IMG/VR virus record: IMGVR_UViG_3300010262_000137
Location: 1-64,000 of that record
Length of the DNA: 64,000 nt
From: a virus
Taxonomy: Duplodnaviria; Caudoviricetes
Direction: 5' to 3' (one strand)
The position numbers and the translations under genes were made by a program. A model generated the notes under the pieces. It had not been told where the DNA came from, ran no database searches, and saw only the letters and a list, made by a program, of their open reading frames with translations. Each line of letters opens with the position of its first letter. The stretch's first letter is position 1. This document shows positions 40,924-51,130 of the stretch, one piece after another.

Positions 40924-41358
40924 ATGAGTATAAGAGGAAACAAAGTCCTTTCAGGTACATGGGGCGAAATTTGGGTAGATGGTGTTCCAATTATCGAATT
41001 TAAGAAAGTTGAAGCGAAAGTATCAACCAATCGTGAAGATGTTCAGATTGGTATTGATGTCGATAGCAAAATGACAGGCATCAAAGGAGAAATCACAATC
41101 ACAATTAACAAAACATACAGTAATTACAATGACGTTATGAAGAATTATGTTCGAGGTAAGGATGTACGTTCTCAAGTAATCGCAAAGCTTGCAGATCCTG
41201 ATGCAGTGAATGCTCAACAAGAACGTTGGTCATTCGATAATGTATGGTGGAATGATATTCCGTTATTCGTTGCTGAAAAAGGCGCACTTATTGAAGAGGA
41301 ATTAACTGGAGGCTTTACACCTAGCGATGCAGTTAACTTAGATACAATCAAACGATAG
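40924..41358 (+). CDS. tail tube protein (XkdM-like)
   Basis: GTWGEIWVDG, KLADPDA. Confidence 0.85.
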   Translation: MSIRGNKVLSGTWGEIWVDGVPIIEFKKVEAKVSTNREDVQIGIDVDSKMTGIKGEITITINKTYSNYNDVMKNYVRGKDVRSQVIAKLADPDAVNAQQERWSFDNVWWNDIPLFVAEKGALIEEELTGGFTPSDAVNLDTIKR

Positions 41359-41369
41359 GAGGAATTTAC

Positions 41370-41810
41370 ATGGAAAAGAAATCAACACTAGAAATATTCG
41401 CTGCGAAAGCTTCAGCAGCTATGAAAAGAAAAAGATCATTCGTGCAATACACTTTAAGCTTCCCTTCTTTTGAAAAGTTAGAAGATGAAAATGGCGAAGG
41501 ACAACCATTGGAAATTAAATTCAGAACATTATCTGATGCAGAAATCAATGATTGCTTGGCATATGAAAGCGATGATCCAAACGGAGCAGATAAATATGCT
41601 ATGTATATTGCTTCGGTTGAACCATCATTAAAACAATTAGGTCAAGCCTTAAAAGAAACTGGTGAGATTGTTCATCCTATGGAAGTGATGGAAATGTTTG
41701 AACGTCACGAAATCACAGAAGCTGCCATGATCATCATGGAAAAATCAGGCGTACTAAGTAAAAACAAAGTTACAGTCGTTGATAAAGGATTAGAAAACTT
41801 AAAAAACTAA
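41370..41810 (+). CDS. tail assembly chaperone (XkdN-like)
   Basis: Between tube and tape measure; ends in slippery A-AAA-AAC. Confidence 0.75.
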   Translation: MEKKSTLEIFAAKASAAMKRKRSFVQYTLSFPSFEKLEDENGEGQPLEIKFRTLSDAEINDCLAYESDDPNGADKYAMYIASVEPSLKQLGQALKETGEIVHPMEVMEMFERHEITEAAMIIMEKSGVLSKNKVTVVDKGLENLKN

Positions 41811-41995
41811 TTCGAACTAATGGTGATTTTAATCTGCTACATCATTATGTTCAATTGGGATGGAAAATAGAGGAGTTTGTAGAATTGCCGAATTACTACA
41901 AACTTTTTTATAAAGCTTCTATGGATGTCGCAATAGAAGAAATGCAAAAAGCATCGCAGATTAAGATTGGAGGTGGCAAGAATGGCAATCGTTGA
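41801..41995 (+). other. predicted -1 frameshift extension of the chaperone (G/GT type)
   Basis: A AAA AAC at 41801-41807; the -1 frame stays open for 62 codons to TGA 41993-41995, overlapping the tape-measure start. Confidence 0.7.
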
Positions 41996-44297
41996 GAAGA
42001 TTAAGATTTCTGATGAAGGTATAGGAACTCTTAAAAAGTTAAGAGATGAACATAAAACCTTTAAGGACGAAGTCAAATCAACAAGAGATGAGTTGAAAAA
42101 AGCGTGGGATCATAAATATAAGCCAGCTATTGAGACAACATCAGCCATGAAATCAATTCGAGCCATGCAATCCAAAGCAAATGAATTTAAGAACAACTTA
42201 AAAGCAAGATTTCATTTAGAAGATAACGCAGCTTTAATCAAATTAAATAGTATTTATAAAAGGCTTTTAAAACTATCAACAATGACAGTTGCACCGATTG
42301 TTAAAATTAGAGATCATGCATTATCCAAACTGAAATCTACAATCAAATTGTTTAATGATCTAAAAAATAAAGTAGTTTCCCCTATCGTCAAGATTAAGGA
42401 CAATTTCACTTCAAAGGCTAAGAAAATCAAAGCAGAAACTAAGTGGCTTTCAAAAACAGTTGCAAGACCAGTAGTATTTTTGAAGGACATGATAACCAGC
42501 AAGTTATCTCCGATTAAGATTGCCTTGAAAACGATAACCAAAAAAGCGTATAAGGCAACGATAACAGCAGTCAATAAAACAGCTAGTGGTATATCTTCTG
42601 CTATGAAGGGCTTGGCTAAAATAGGAAAGAAATTAGTCATACCTGTAACAGTAGCAGCGACAGTCACCACTGCTGCACTTGGTGCTGCAGTCAAATCAGG
42701 AATGGCTTTAGAAAATCAACAAGTCAGTATTGAACACTTTATCGGTGCTACCAATAAAGATTATGGTGAAGCACAGATAAAAGAAGCTGCAAAAACATTT
42801 ACTGAGCAGTTAAGACAAAATGCCAATGCAACACCATTTGAAACTGGCGAAGTCATTCAAGCAGGAAGTCGTGCAATAGCGATTACGCAAGGAAACACGA
42901 AGTCAGCGATGTCCTTGGTTCGATTGGCAGAAGACATGGCAGCTGCTTCAGGTGGTACGAAATCAATCAGTGATGCCATGGAAGCCTTAGCTGATGCGAA
43001 ACTTGGAGAAATGGAGCGTTTAAAGGAATTTGGCTTTAAAGTATCAGCCGATGAATTTAAACAAAAAGGATTTGAAGGTATTTCCAAAGATTTAGAAAAC
43101 TTCTATGGTGGCGCTGCATCCAAACTGGCTTCAACTGGTTCAGGGTTATTATCTACAATTACTGGTAAGTTAAAGTCAGGAATGGCTGATTTTGGATTAA
43201 ATATTGTAGAACAACTAAAACCAGTCTTTACAAACATTATCGGCTTGATTGATAAAGCGATGCCTTACATTCAAGAGTTCGGTGTAACGTTTGGTGAAGG
43301 ACTTGGAAAAGGAATTCAATACATATCATCAATCATGCCATCGTTTATCAATGGTTTCAAAATGATGATGCCTGCAATCCAATCAATTATTTCAGGAGTT
43401 CAGCAGATGTTGCCACCGATCATGGCTTTTGGTGGAACTATCGTTACTACGATACAAAACGTAGTAGTCAAGGCAACACCGATAATTGATCAGATTATTC
43501 AAGCGATTGCTCGTATCTTACCTGCAGTTCAACCGATTTTTTCTACTATCGTTACAACAATTGGAAATATAGTCACAACTGTATTGCCTCCACTTGGGAA
43601 TGCTTTTTCAATGATTGCAGATGTTATCGTAGCGATAGCTCCTATTATTTCAGATACCTTCTCAGCAATCAGTGAAGTTGTAACGAATGCAATATCAGGT
43701 ATTAGTACGGTGATTCAAGGTGGACTTGATCTAATCAGTGCCATTTGGTCAGGAAGTTGGCAAGGAGTCGTAGATGCCTTTGGCTCAATCTTTGGTGGCA
43801 TCGCTGAAATTTGCAAAGCTCCTATTAATGCAGTCATTGCGATTATCAATGGAGCGATTAGGGCAATCAACAGTATTTCAGTTGATATCCCTGACTGGGT
43901 TCCAGTTGTTGGTGGTCAACACTGGGGATTAAACTTAGGACAAATCCCATACCTTGCCAAGGGTGGTGTTGTCGATGAGGCAACAACAGCAGTCATTGGT
44001 GAAGCTGGTAAAGAAGCGGTTATGCCTCTTGAACGAAATACAGGTTGGATTGGTCAGTTAGCAGGACAGATTATGAGTAGGATGGCTGGATTCAGTATCC
44101 AATTGCCTACTGTAAGTAAAGATATACCGATGACCAATGGAAACACTATGTCTCCAGCTTCTAGTGGAAAGACTTTATCAGTAGTTATCACGATTGCAAA
44201 ACTTGCAGAAAGTATCGTAGTCAAGGAAAAACAAGATATTGATGACATTACTGAAGAAGTGGCTGATAAGATTTTAGAAGTTGTTGAGAATTTATAG
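41982..44297 (+). CDS. tape measure protein
   Basis: Long helical protein, ANATPFETGEV motif, aromatic repeats near the C-terminus. Confidence 0.88.
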   Translation: MAIVEKIKISDEGIGTLKKLRDEHKTFKDEVKSTRDELKKAWDHKYKPAIETTSAMKSIRAMQSKANEFKNNLKARFHLEDNAALIKLNSIYKRLLKLSTMTVAPIVKIRDHALSKLKSTIKLFNDLKNKVVSPIVKIKDNFTSKAKKIKAETKWLSKTVARPVVFLKDMITSKLSPIKIALKTITKKAYKATITAVNKTASGISSAMKGLAKIGKKLVIPVTVAATVTTAALGAAVKSGMALENQQVSIEHFIGATNKDYGEAQIKEAAKTFTEQLRQNANATPFETGEVIQAGSRAIAITQGNTKSAMSLVRLAEDMAAASGGTKSISDAMEALADAKLGEMERLKEFGFKVSADEFKQKGFEGISKDLENFYGGAASKLASTGSGLLSTITGKLKSGMADFGLNIVEQLKPVFTNIIGLIDKAMPYIQEFGVTFGEGLGKGIQYISSIMPSFINGFKMMMPAIQSIISGVQQMLPPIMAFGGTIVTTIQNVVVKATPIIDQIIQAIARILPAVQPIFSTIVTTIGNIVTTVLPPLGNAFSMIADVIVAIAPIISDTFSAISEVVTNAISGISTVIQGGLDLISAIWSGSWQGVVDAFGSIFGGIAEICKAPINAVIAIINGAIRAINSISVDIPDWVPVVGGQHWGLNLGQIPYLAKGGVVDEATTAVIGEAGKEAVMPLERNTGWIGQLAGQIMSRMAGFSIQLPTVSKDIPMTNGNTMSPASSGKTLSVVITIAKLAESIVVKEKQDIDDITEEVADKILEVVENL

Positions 44298-44310
44298 GAA
44301 GGAGATTTGC

Positions 44311-45021
44311 ATGAAAAGAAGAATAATTGAATTGAATGTGAATAACCGACAGGAATTTTTAAAGCTATCAGTAAATCCAGCTTCTATTGTTTTTACCGAT
44401 ATGCAAAATAACCAACAAATTAATTTGTTGGAAGTGGGAACTGCACTTCTTTTAGGGAACAGAGGCTTGATAACGACAACGCTTGAGAGCTTCTTCCCTT
44501 CTGAAAGTTCGCCTTTTTATAAAAGATATGGAGGGGTTAGGACACCACAGGAGTGCAAGGATCTTATTAAAAAATGGAAAGATAAAAATATGATTGTTCG
44601 CTTGATCATATCAGATATGGATATCAATCTAGCCATGGCAATCAATAACTTCACGACAACACATCGTGAAGGAGATGATGATATTTATTACAGCATTGAG
44701 TTAGTTGAATATAAAACTTTAAACGTGCCAACAGTTAAGGTTTCGACCAAAGTGAAAAGTTCTATTCAAAGAAGACCTGCCCCAACCGCTCCCTCAAAGG
44801 CTAAACCATCAGGTGGCTCATCTGCAGGAAGATCATACACTATCAAAAGTGGTGATACTTTATGGGCGATTGCTACAAGATACTATGGTAATGGTGCTCA
44901 ATATTCAAAGATATATAACGCTAACAAAGGAACTATAGAGTCTGTAGCCAAAAGTCGAGGGTTTGGAAGCTCACAAAACGGACACTGGATTTTCCCAGGT
45001 ACGAGCATAACGATTCCATAA
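44311..45021 (+). CDS. LysM-domain tube initiator (XkdP-like)
   Basis: YTIKSGDTLWAIATRYYGNGAQYSKIYNAN. Confidence 0.88.
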   Translation: MKRRIIELNVNNRQEFLKLSVNPASIVFTDMQNNQQINLLEVGTALLLGNRGLITTTLESFFPSESSPFYKRYGGVRTPQECKDLIKKWKDKNMIVRLIISDMDINLAMAINNFTTTHREGDDDIYYSIELVEYKTLNVPTVKVSTKVKSSIQRRPAPTAPSKAKPSGGSSAGRSYTIKSGDTLWAIATRYYGNGAQYSKIYNANKGTIESVAKSRGFGSSQNGHWIFPGTSITIP

Positions 45022-45977
45022 TGCAATTATTAACAGGTGGAAAAGATATCATTGAGCTTGTAAGGGAGATAACATGGTCAGGCGATACGAAAGAAGTATC
45101 TAGAAAACTCAATTTTGTAATTTATCAAAACGACATAGATAAGTTAATGCCAGCAGTTTCTATCAATGAAGGAGATGACATCATTTTTAAAGACGATACA
45201 GGAAAAGCTATCTTTGGTGGAGTCATTCATAAAAAAGATAGAAAAGCAGCAGAAAAGAGTTTCACTTTTCTAGCATATGATCTACTGTTCTATGTCAACA
45301 AATCAGAAATATCCAAGATATTCAATTCAACTCCTGAAGCAATTACAAGATCGATTTGTAATGATCTAAATATTCCAGTCGGAAGTCTAGCTTCAACCAA
45401 TGTTAAGGTTTATTATCCTTGTCTTGGCAAATCAGCTTATGAAGCCATAATGATTGCTTATACGCAAGCAGGCTATCAAACTGGAAATGTTTATATTCCT
45501 GTCATGAAAGATATAAACAAATTGAATATCATCCAAAAAGGTCAGTATTCAAATGTTGTTTTAGAAGGCACGTATAACCTTGAAGACAGCACTTATTCAG
45601 TGACTTCTGAAAATGTAGTTAATCAAGTTGTGATTACCGATAAGGAAGGAAATGCCATCAGGACATTAGAAGATATTGATTCTATGAATAAGTACGGAAC
45701 AATTCAAAAGGTTTATAAAACACAAGATGGGAAAGATTCCAACACTGAGGCAAAAGCGCTCATGCATGGGATTGATAAAAACGGTTCTGTTCTAGCTTTA
45801 GGTGATGTTCGTGCGATATCAGGATATTCAGTAGCTGTACAGGAAAGCAAGTCTGGACTGTATGGTCTTTTTTATATTGAAAGTGATTCTCATACATTTA
45901 TGGATGGGAAACACGAAATGTCACTCACATTAGCATTTGAAAATATGATGGATGAAAAGGAACTTCCTACATCCTAG
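45021..45977 (+). CDS. baseplate hub (XkdQ-like)
   Basis: ITWSGD...SRKL; KYGTIQKV; FYIESDSHTF. Confidence 0.8.
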   Translation: MQLLTGGKDIIELVREITWSGDTKEVSRKLNFVIYQNDIDKLMPAVSINEGDDIIFKDDTGKAIFGGVIHKKDRKAAEKSFTFLAYDLLFYVNKSEISKIFNSTPEAITRSICNDLNIPVGSLASTNVKVYYPCLGKSAYEAIMIAYTQAGYQTGNVYIPVMKDINKLNIIQKGQYSNVVLEGTYNLEDSTYSVTSENVVNQVVITDKEGNAIRTLEDIDSMNKYGTIQKVYKTQDGKDSNTEAKALMHGIDKNGSVLALGDVRAISGYSVAVQESKSGLYGLFYIESDSHTFMDGKHEMSLTLAFENMMDEKELPTS

Positions 45978-45989
45978 AAAGGAGCACCT

Positions 45990-46346
45990 ATGAAAAAAAC
46001 AGATAGAAAAATAGTGGATTTAGTGAATGCACTAAAAAGTAAATGTCAAAATAGCAACAATCTTTATGTTGCTAAAGTAGTCAGTACAAGTCCATTCAAA
46101 CTAAAGCTGTATGATCAAACGATTACTGAACATATTTATGTCAATAACTCATTTCTAAAGACATCATCAAAAGCGATAGATTCCAATATTACTTGGGATG
46201 AAAATCACGATTATGTTCCTAGCAGTTTACTTAGCTTTACAAGAAAGATGTTTAAAGCTGACCTATTAAGTGCTGGCGATACTGTTATCGTTCTTTTAGA
46301 TGGTGTTTCCTTTTATGTATTGGAAAGAGTCACGAAGGTCGCATGA
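45990..46346 (+). CDS. DUF2577 (XkdR-like) protein
   Basis: AKVVSTSP...GDTVIVL and position. Confidence 0.65.
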   Translation: MKKTDRKIVDLVNALKSKCQNSNNLYVAKVVSTSPFKLKLYDQTITEHIYVNNSFLKTSSKAIDSNITWDENHDYVPSSLLSFTRKMFKADLLSAGDTVIVLLDGVSFYVLERVTKVA

Positions 46347-46798
46347 GCAATTCAATCTTTCCTTTTATTGATACAAGCAAGTACGAAGATGTTATTGAGA
46401 GTGATAAATTAGAAGAATTATGCGAGTATGCGTTTGATTTCAAGAATGACTGCCTTTTAACAAACAGTGCAGGACAAAACTATTATGTATATCGAAATGA
46501 GGCTTTGAAAGTTTGGATATATAAGGCATTAATGACTCCACGCTATCAGCATCTAGCCTATACGGAAGATTATGGAAATGAGATGTTTTCTATGATTTCT
46601 CAAGCGATAGACCAAGAAGTCATGCTTCTTGAATTAAAGAGATACATTACAGAAGCATTGATGTATAACCCTTATATTCAGGAATTAAATAGTTTTGAAT
46701 TTGAAGTCAAAGGCTCGGAAGTATTGATTCGATTTACTGTAATTTCTATATATGGACAAATGCAGTATGAACAGATAATGAAAGAAGGTGTTGGATAA
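46343..46798 (+). CDS. DUF2634 (XkdS-like) baseplate protein
   Basis: EALKVWIYKALMTPRY...YGNE...ITEAL. Confidence 0.8.
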   Translation: MSNSIFPFIDTSKYEDVIESDKLEELCEYAFDFKNDCLLTNSAGQNYYVYRNEALKVWIYKALMTPRYQHLAYTEDYGNEMFSMISQAIDQEVMLLELKRYITEALMYNPYIQELNSFEFEVKGSEVLIRFTVISIYGQMQYEQIMKEGVG

Positions 46799-47898
46799 TG
46801 GAAAGAGATTATCAAGAAGTGATAGATGCTATGAGTAATGGCGAATACACTGCTGAAGAAATCAAAAGTCGTATTAGATCATACTTGAATAATCCAGCAT
46901 CTAAAATCGAAGGTTCATTTGCTATGGATAGCATACAGGCAGTAGCTCAAGAAATGGCAAGAGCTATCAATATGCGAATTATTGATTTCATTGATATGGC
47001 AATGCTAGACACAGCAGTATATGAATTTTTAGATCGAAAAGGATTAGATTATGGATTGGCAAGAAATCCAGCAACTGCTTCTAGTGGTTATGTTAAATTC
47101 ACTGGAGTGCAAGGAACGATTATTCCAAAAGGAACAACCCTTTTGTCGGACACCCACACGTTTACAACTGATTTTGAAGCAATCATCTCTTCTTCAGGAA
47201 CAGTTAGTGTGAGAGCGACATGTACAGAACTCGGAATTGCTGGAAACGTTCTAGCAGGTGCGATTACTGGAATTAGGGCTACCGAAGGAATTGATGGTGT
47301 AAAAGTAACCAACGAAGAGCCTTTTGAAGGTGGAACTGAAGAAGAAACGGATGATTCTTACCGTAAAAGAATTTATGAAAAGATACAAATGCCGATTGCT
47401 TCAGGAAATGCCAATTCTTATATATATTGGGCGAAGCAGGTTTCAGGTGTCGGTAACGCTCGATGTATCCCTTTATGGAATGGAGCTGGAACTGTTAAGG
47501 TTGTAATTTTATCTTCAGATGGGACTGCTCCTGATGATACTGTTATAAAAAATGTTGCTGACTATATTGAAACACAAAGACCAATAGGTGCTAAAGTAAC
47601 AGTTTCAAAAGCTGAAGCAAAAGAAATTGTTATAGAAGGTACAATTAAAGTTTCAGCAGGTCATAGGCTTGCTGATGTTCAAACGGAAGCCAATCGTATT
47701 ATTCGTGAATATCTAACAGGAATTGCTTATGAGGAAGAAAGCAAGGTTTTATCTTATTTCAAGATAAGTGACTTGATATTTAATGTTGAAGGTATTTCAG
47801 ATGTCTTGGATTATACGGTTAATGGTAAAAAACAATCCATCATGGCAGAGGCTGCAGAATTTTTTTCTCTATCGGAGATAACGCTTCATGAGAATTGA
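46798..47898 (+). CDS. baseplate J-like protein
   Basis: GGTEEETDDSYR, SGNANSY, WNGAGTVKV. Confidence 0.9.
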   Translation: MERDYQEVIDAMSNGEYTAEEIKSRIRSYLNNPASKIEGSFAMDSIQAVAQEMARAINMRIIDFIDMAMLDTAVYEFLDRKGLDYGLARNPATASSGYVKFTGVQGTIIPKGTTLLSDTHTFTTDFEAIISSSGTVSVRATCTELGIAGNVLAGAITGIRATEGIDGVKVTNEEPFEGGTEEETDDSYRKRIYEKIQMPIASGNANSYIYWAKQVSGVGNARCIPLWNGAGTVKVVILSSDGTAPDDTVIKNVADYIETQRPIGAKVTVSKAEAKEIVIEGTIKVSAGHRLADVQTEANRIIREYLTGIAYEEESKVLSYFKISDLIFNVEGISDVLDYTVNGKKQSIMAEAAEFFSLSEITLHEN

Positions 47899-48775
47899 TT
47901 CAGTTAATTATCTTCCTCAATTTATACTTGATATTCCTGAGATGAAAGAACTTCTATATGCTGAGCAAAAAGGATTAGATGAGTTCTTTGACTACATTGA
48001 ATTGATGCGTAATCAGACATCAATCAGTACAGCGAGTATTTATCTTTCAAGATACGAGAAAATGTTTGGACTTAATATTAGTCCTGCACTTACTGATTCG
48101 GAAAGAATAGGAAGAATTCTAGCAAAACTAAATACAAGAACCAATTCAACTGTAGATGCCATCAAAACAGTTGTTTCATCTATTACAGGATGTGATACAG
48201 AGATAGAAGAATACTATGATAAGTATGCTTTTATGATTGATGTTTTAAGAGATAATGACCAGTTAATCAATATCGAAGACATCAAAGCAGCAGTAGAAAT
48301 CATTAAACCAGCACACCTTGCATTTACAGTTATGATGTGTTGGAAATGGACAATTGGAATTAAAGTCAATTCGTTCATTTACAAAGTAGCTCATGATGTA
48401 TGTGGTGGTCTTGGCAATGATTATGACTATTGTGGAGAAACACCTGATTTAAGCTATTTAGGAAAGATAGAAGGAACTGGAATAAAAGTAGAAGTAAGAA
48501 AAGAAAATCATTCATTTCCTTATGTTTTCACTGGTCAATATCCAGTTATTTCAACTTTAGGAAGTATAAAGGATGGAGATATAAAAGTTAGTGCAGTGCA
48601 TGAAACACATGGATATGATTATGATTTCACATCTTTTGAAGCAGGTGTAGTCCCTCATATATCAATGCTAGGCGCTGATAAGCAAGAGAACGGACAAATA
48701 AACGTGGAAACAGAAAACTACGCCACACCGCTTTTATTTGCCCAAGAAGATGGCGATTTTTGTGGCGAAGATTAA
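47888..48775 (+). CDS. DUF2313 (YmfQ/XkdU-like) baseplate protein
   Basis: YLPQF, TASIYLSRYE, EIIKPAHL. Confidence 0.8.
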   Translation: MRIDSVNYLPQFILDIPEMKELLYAEQKGLDEFFDYIELMRNQTSISTASIYLSRYEKMFGLNISPALTDSERIGRILAKLNTRTNSTVDAIKTVVSSITGCDTEIEEYYDKYAFMIDVLRDNDQLINIEDIKAAVEIIKPAHLAFTVMMCWKWTIGIKVNSFIYKVAHDVCGGLGNDYDYCGETPDLSYLGKIEGTGIKVEVRKENHSFPYVFTGQYPVISTLGSIKDGDIKVSAVHETHGYDYDFTSFEAGVVPHISMLGADKQENGQINVETENYATPLLFAQEDGDFCGED

Positions 48776-48790
48776 TTAGGAGGTATAAAT

Positions 48791-49099
48791 ATGCCGTTTA
48801 GTATAAAAGCATTTAAAGGCTTGGTATCTCATACGCACAGAGAAATTGTTTCAGCAAAGTATAAAATCAAAAATACTTATTATGAGGCAACGATTAACAG
48901 TATTGAAGAGAAAGAATCGGAGTTGGTATTGCATTTGCAATTAAATCCTTCAATCACTCAAGAAGTAACTGTATCTGAAATTGCCTTATTTGATACATCG
49001 GGTGATTTATTTTATAAAAAAGCTGAAAACATTAAATTCAATCCTTTAAATGAAGGAATTATTGTAAAGATAACGATTAATTTTATGGAGGTAAGCTAG
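48791..49099 (+). CDS. phage tail-associated protein
   Basis: Position in the tail module. Confidence 0.5.
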   Translation: MPFSIKAFKGLVSHTHREIVSAKYKIKNTYYEATINSIEEKESELVLHLQLNPSITQEVTVSEIALFDTSGDLFYKKAENIKFNPLNEGIIVKITINFMEVS

Positions 49100-49100
49100 T

Positions 49101-49601
49101 ATGGGGTTATTGTATAAAGCAACGAAATGGCTTGATCATGTTACGCAATATCCAATGCGTAGACGTATTACGAATAATGATGATGGAACAAGTGATGTAG
49201 TTCGTGCAGAAGGTGAAATCATTCAACAAGGAACACCGAGAAACGCTAAGAATTATAATAATATGGAAGAAGGCATTCTTGCTAATCAGATTCTTGCTTT
49301 GTGTTTACAACAAGAAATGGTTCAACTAAAAAGGTCAGCTGCAGAAAATCATGGTGAGTTTGGAGTGGTAAACATTAAGAATACGAATAAGTATCCTTTT
49401 TCATCTGCTTCAATAACAATACCAATAAAAGAAAAAAGATCTAATTTTGATTATGTGGTTCAAATCGAAGTGGCAGAAACGGACGGGAACATTGAAAGTA
49501 TTGAAGTTTTTGATAAACAGTTAAATGGCTTTAAACTGGCATTTAAAGGCAGTGCAAAAAATGTGAAATTAAAATATAAAGTAACAGGAGGACGATATTA
49601 A
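49101..49601 (+). CDS. short tail-fibre/adaptor-like protein
   Basis: WLDHV...GTPRNAKNYNNME pattern; position. Confidence 0.55.
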   Translation: MGLLYKATKWLDHVTQYPMRRRITNNDDGTSDVVRAEGEIIQQGTPRNAKNYNNMEEGILANQILALCLQQEMVQLKRSAAENHGEFGVVNIKNTNKYPFSSASITIPIKEKRSNFDYVVQIEVAETDGNIESIEVFDKQLNGFKLAFKGSAKNVKLKYKVTGGRY

Positions 49602-49933
49602 TGAATGAAGCAAAGATAATCAATATGAACAAAGGAGCAAAGATTGACTATGAAATTATGGGAAATAAAATTATTTTCAATGACGAATTAATGTTGAATC
49701 TTGCTAAGTATGAGCGTGATGACCCTATGCATATTGATATATGCATGGATGAGTTTGGGTGTTTGTGTATGGGATTGGCTAACAATTATATTGCACAAAT
49801 TGATATTCCTGCTCGTGAATATGAGTTTGTTGAAGATGGTGTGGATGAAGAAGGAAAAACTAAATATAACAAGGTAGCAATTCCATTTGATATTAAAAAA
49901 GTAGTCATTACATTATGGGAGGTTGAAGAATAA
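49601..49933 (+). CDS. phage hypothetical protein
   Basis: Co-oriented, directly upstream of the DGR target. Confidence 0.55.
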   Translation: MNEAKIINMNKGAKIDYEIMGNKIIFNDELMLNLAKYERDDPMHIDICMDEFGCLCMGLANNYIAQIDIPAREYEFVEDGVDEEGKTKYNKVAIPFDIKKVVITLWEVEE

Positions 49934-51012
49934 TGGAAACAAATTTTGATGCGATCAAATTAGCAGTAGAAGCAGCTACTGGTGGAAAAAATACAGTATT
50001 ATTTGATGATTTAGGTAATCCTTCAATCATGGTTAGAATTCCTAAATTTAAAATTTCAGATGTAATCGCTGGTGGATCTAATTCTGTTCATCCTGCGTTT
50101 ATTGTAAATGGTGTAGAAAAAGATGAAATATTCATAAGTAAATATCAAAATATCGTAGTAAATGATCGAGCTTATTCTTTACCGATGCAAGATCCAAAAG
50201 CTTATATTGATTTTGATACAGCAAAAAAAGCCTGTGAAAACAAAGGTAAGGGTTGGCATCTAATGACAAACGCAGAATGGGCTGCAATTGCTTTATGGTG
50301 TAAAAAGAATGATTACTTCCCAAGAGGTAACAACAATTACGGAAGTGATGTATCTTACCCTCATGAAAAGGGTGTAGAAACATATAACTATGACGGTAAA
50401 ACTGGTAGAGTTGCTTCGGGTTCTGGGCCAGTTACATGGGCTCATGATGGTAGCAACTCAGGTATATTCGATTTAAATGGTAATGTTTGGGAATGGGTTG
50501 GAGGACTTCGTTTAGTTGATGGTGAAATCCAAGTCATCGCCGATAATAATGCAGCAAATGGTGCAGATATGACAGTGAATTCTAGTCATTGGAAAGCCAT
50601 TGATAAGAGTGGAAACTTAGTTGCTCCAAAATCAGCTAATACATTAAAGTTTGATTATACAGTAGATCCAGGTACTACAAATGTAGGAAAAGGAGTTCCA
50701 AAATTAGTAACAACTTTAACTCATCAACAAACAAGTGATGAACCATATGCAGCAGGACAATTTGAAGATATGACGGCAGATGATGGTATCACTCCACCAG
50801 AAATATTAAAGTCGTTAGCGATTTATCCTGAGGGAACAAAAGCAAATCATGGAGATTACATCTATATGAGAAATAAGGGAGAGCGTTTGCCTTTTCGTGG
50901 TGGCCTTTGGCATAACGGAAGCACTGCAGGCGTGTTCGCTTTGAATTTGCACAACCCACGCTCTTATGCTGACTATGATAGGGGTTTTCGCTCCGCTTTC
51001 GTAGGTCTGTAA
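49933..51012 (+). CDS. DGR target protein, FGE-sulfatase/C-type-lectin fold (probable receptor-binding protein)
   Basis: GWHLMTNAEWAAI, GIFDLNGNVWEW, C-terminal RGG.W...G.FA...GFRSA variable region. Confidence 0.9.
   Translation: METNFDAIKLAVEAATGGKNTVLFDDLGNPSIMVRIPKFKISDVIAGGSNSVHPAFIVNGVEKDEIFISKYQNIVVNDRAYSLPMQDPKAYIDFDTAKKACENKGKGWHLMTNAEWAAIALWCKKNDYFPRGNNNYGSDVSYPHEKGVETYNYDGKTGRVASGSGPVTWAHDGSNSGIFDLNGNVWEWVGGLRLVDGEIQVIADNNAANGADMTVNSSHWKAIDKSGNLVAPKSANTLKFDYTVDPGTTNVGKGVPKLVTTLTHQQTSDEPYAAGQFEDMTADDGITPPEILKSLAIYPEGTKANHGDYIYMRNKGERLPFRGGLWHNGSTAGVFALNLHNPRSYADYDRGFRSAFVGL
50890..50997 (+). repeat. DGR variable region (VR), 108 bp
   Basis: Colinear with three downstream repeats; encodes the last CLec strands. 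Confidence 0.92.
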
Positions 51013-51034
51013 TTTTGGCTTCAGTGTTCGGTTT

Positions 51035-51052
51035 TTGCCACGTGAGTGGCAA
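51035..51052 (+). promoter_or_regulatory. DGR target-recognition hairpin/cruciform candidate
   Basis: TTGCCAC-GTGA-GTGGCAA about 38 bp downstream of the VR, the position such hairpins occupy in BPP-1-type DGRs. Confidence 0.65.
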
Positions 51053-51056
51053 TCAT

Positions 51057-51090
51057 TCCCACCAGCGATTTAGCTGGTGGGATTATTTTT
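51057..51090 (+). terminator. intrinsic terminator after the target gene
   Basis: TCCCACCAGC-GATTTA-GCTGGTGGGA followed by a T-rich tract. Confidence 0.7.
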
Positions 51091-51130
51091 TTATTGTGTA
51101 AATTTTTACACATGATATAATTTACTTGAG

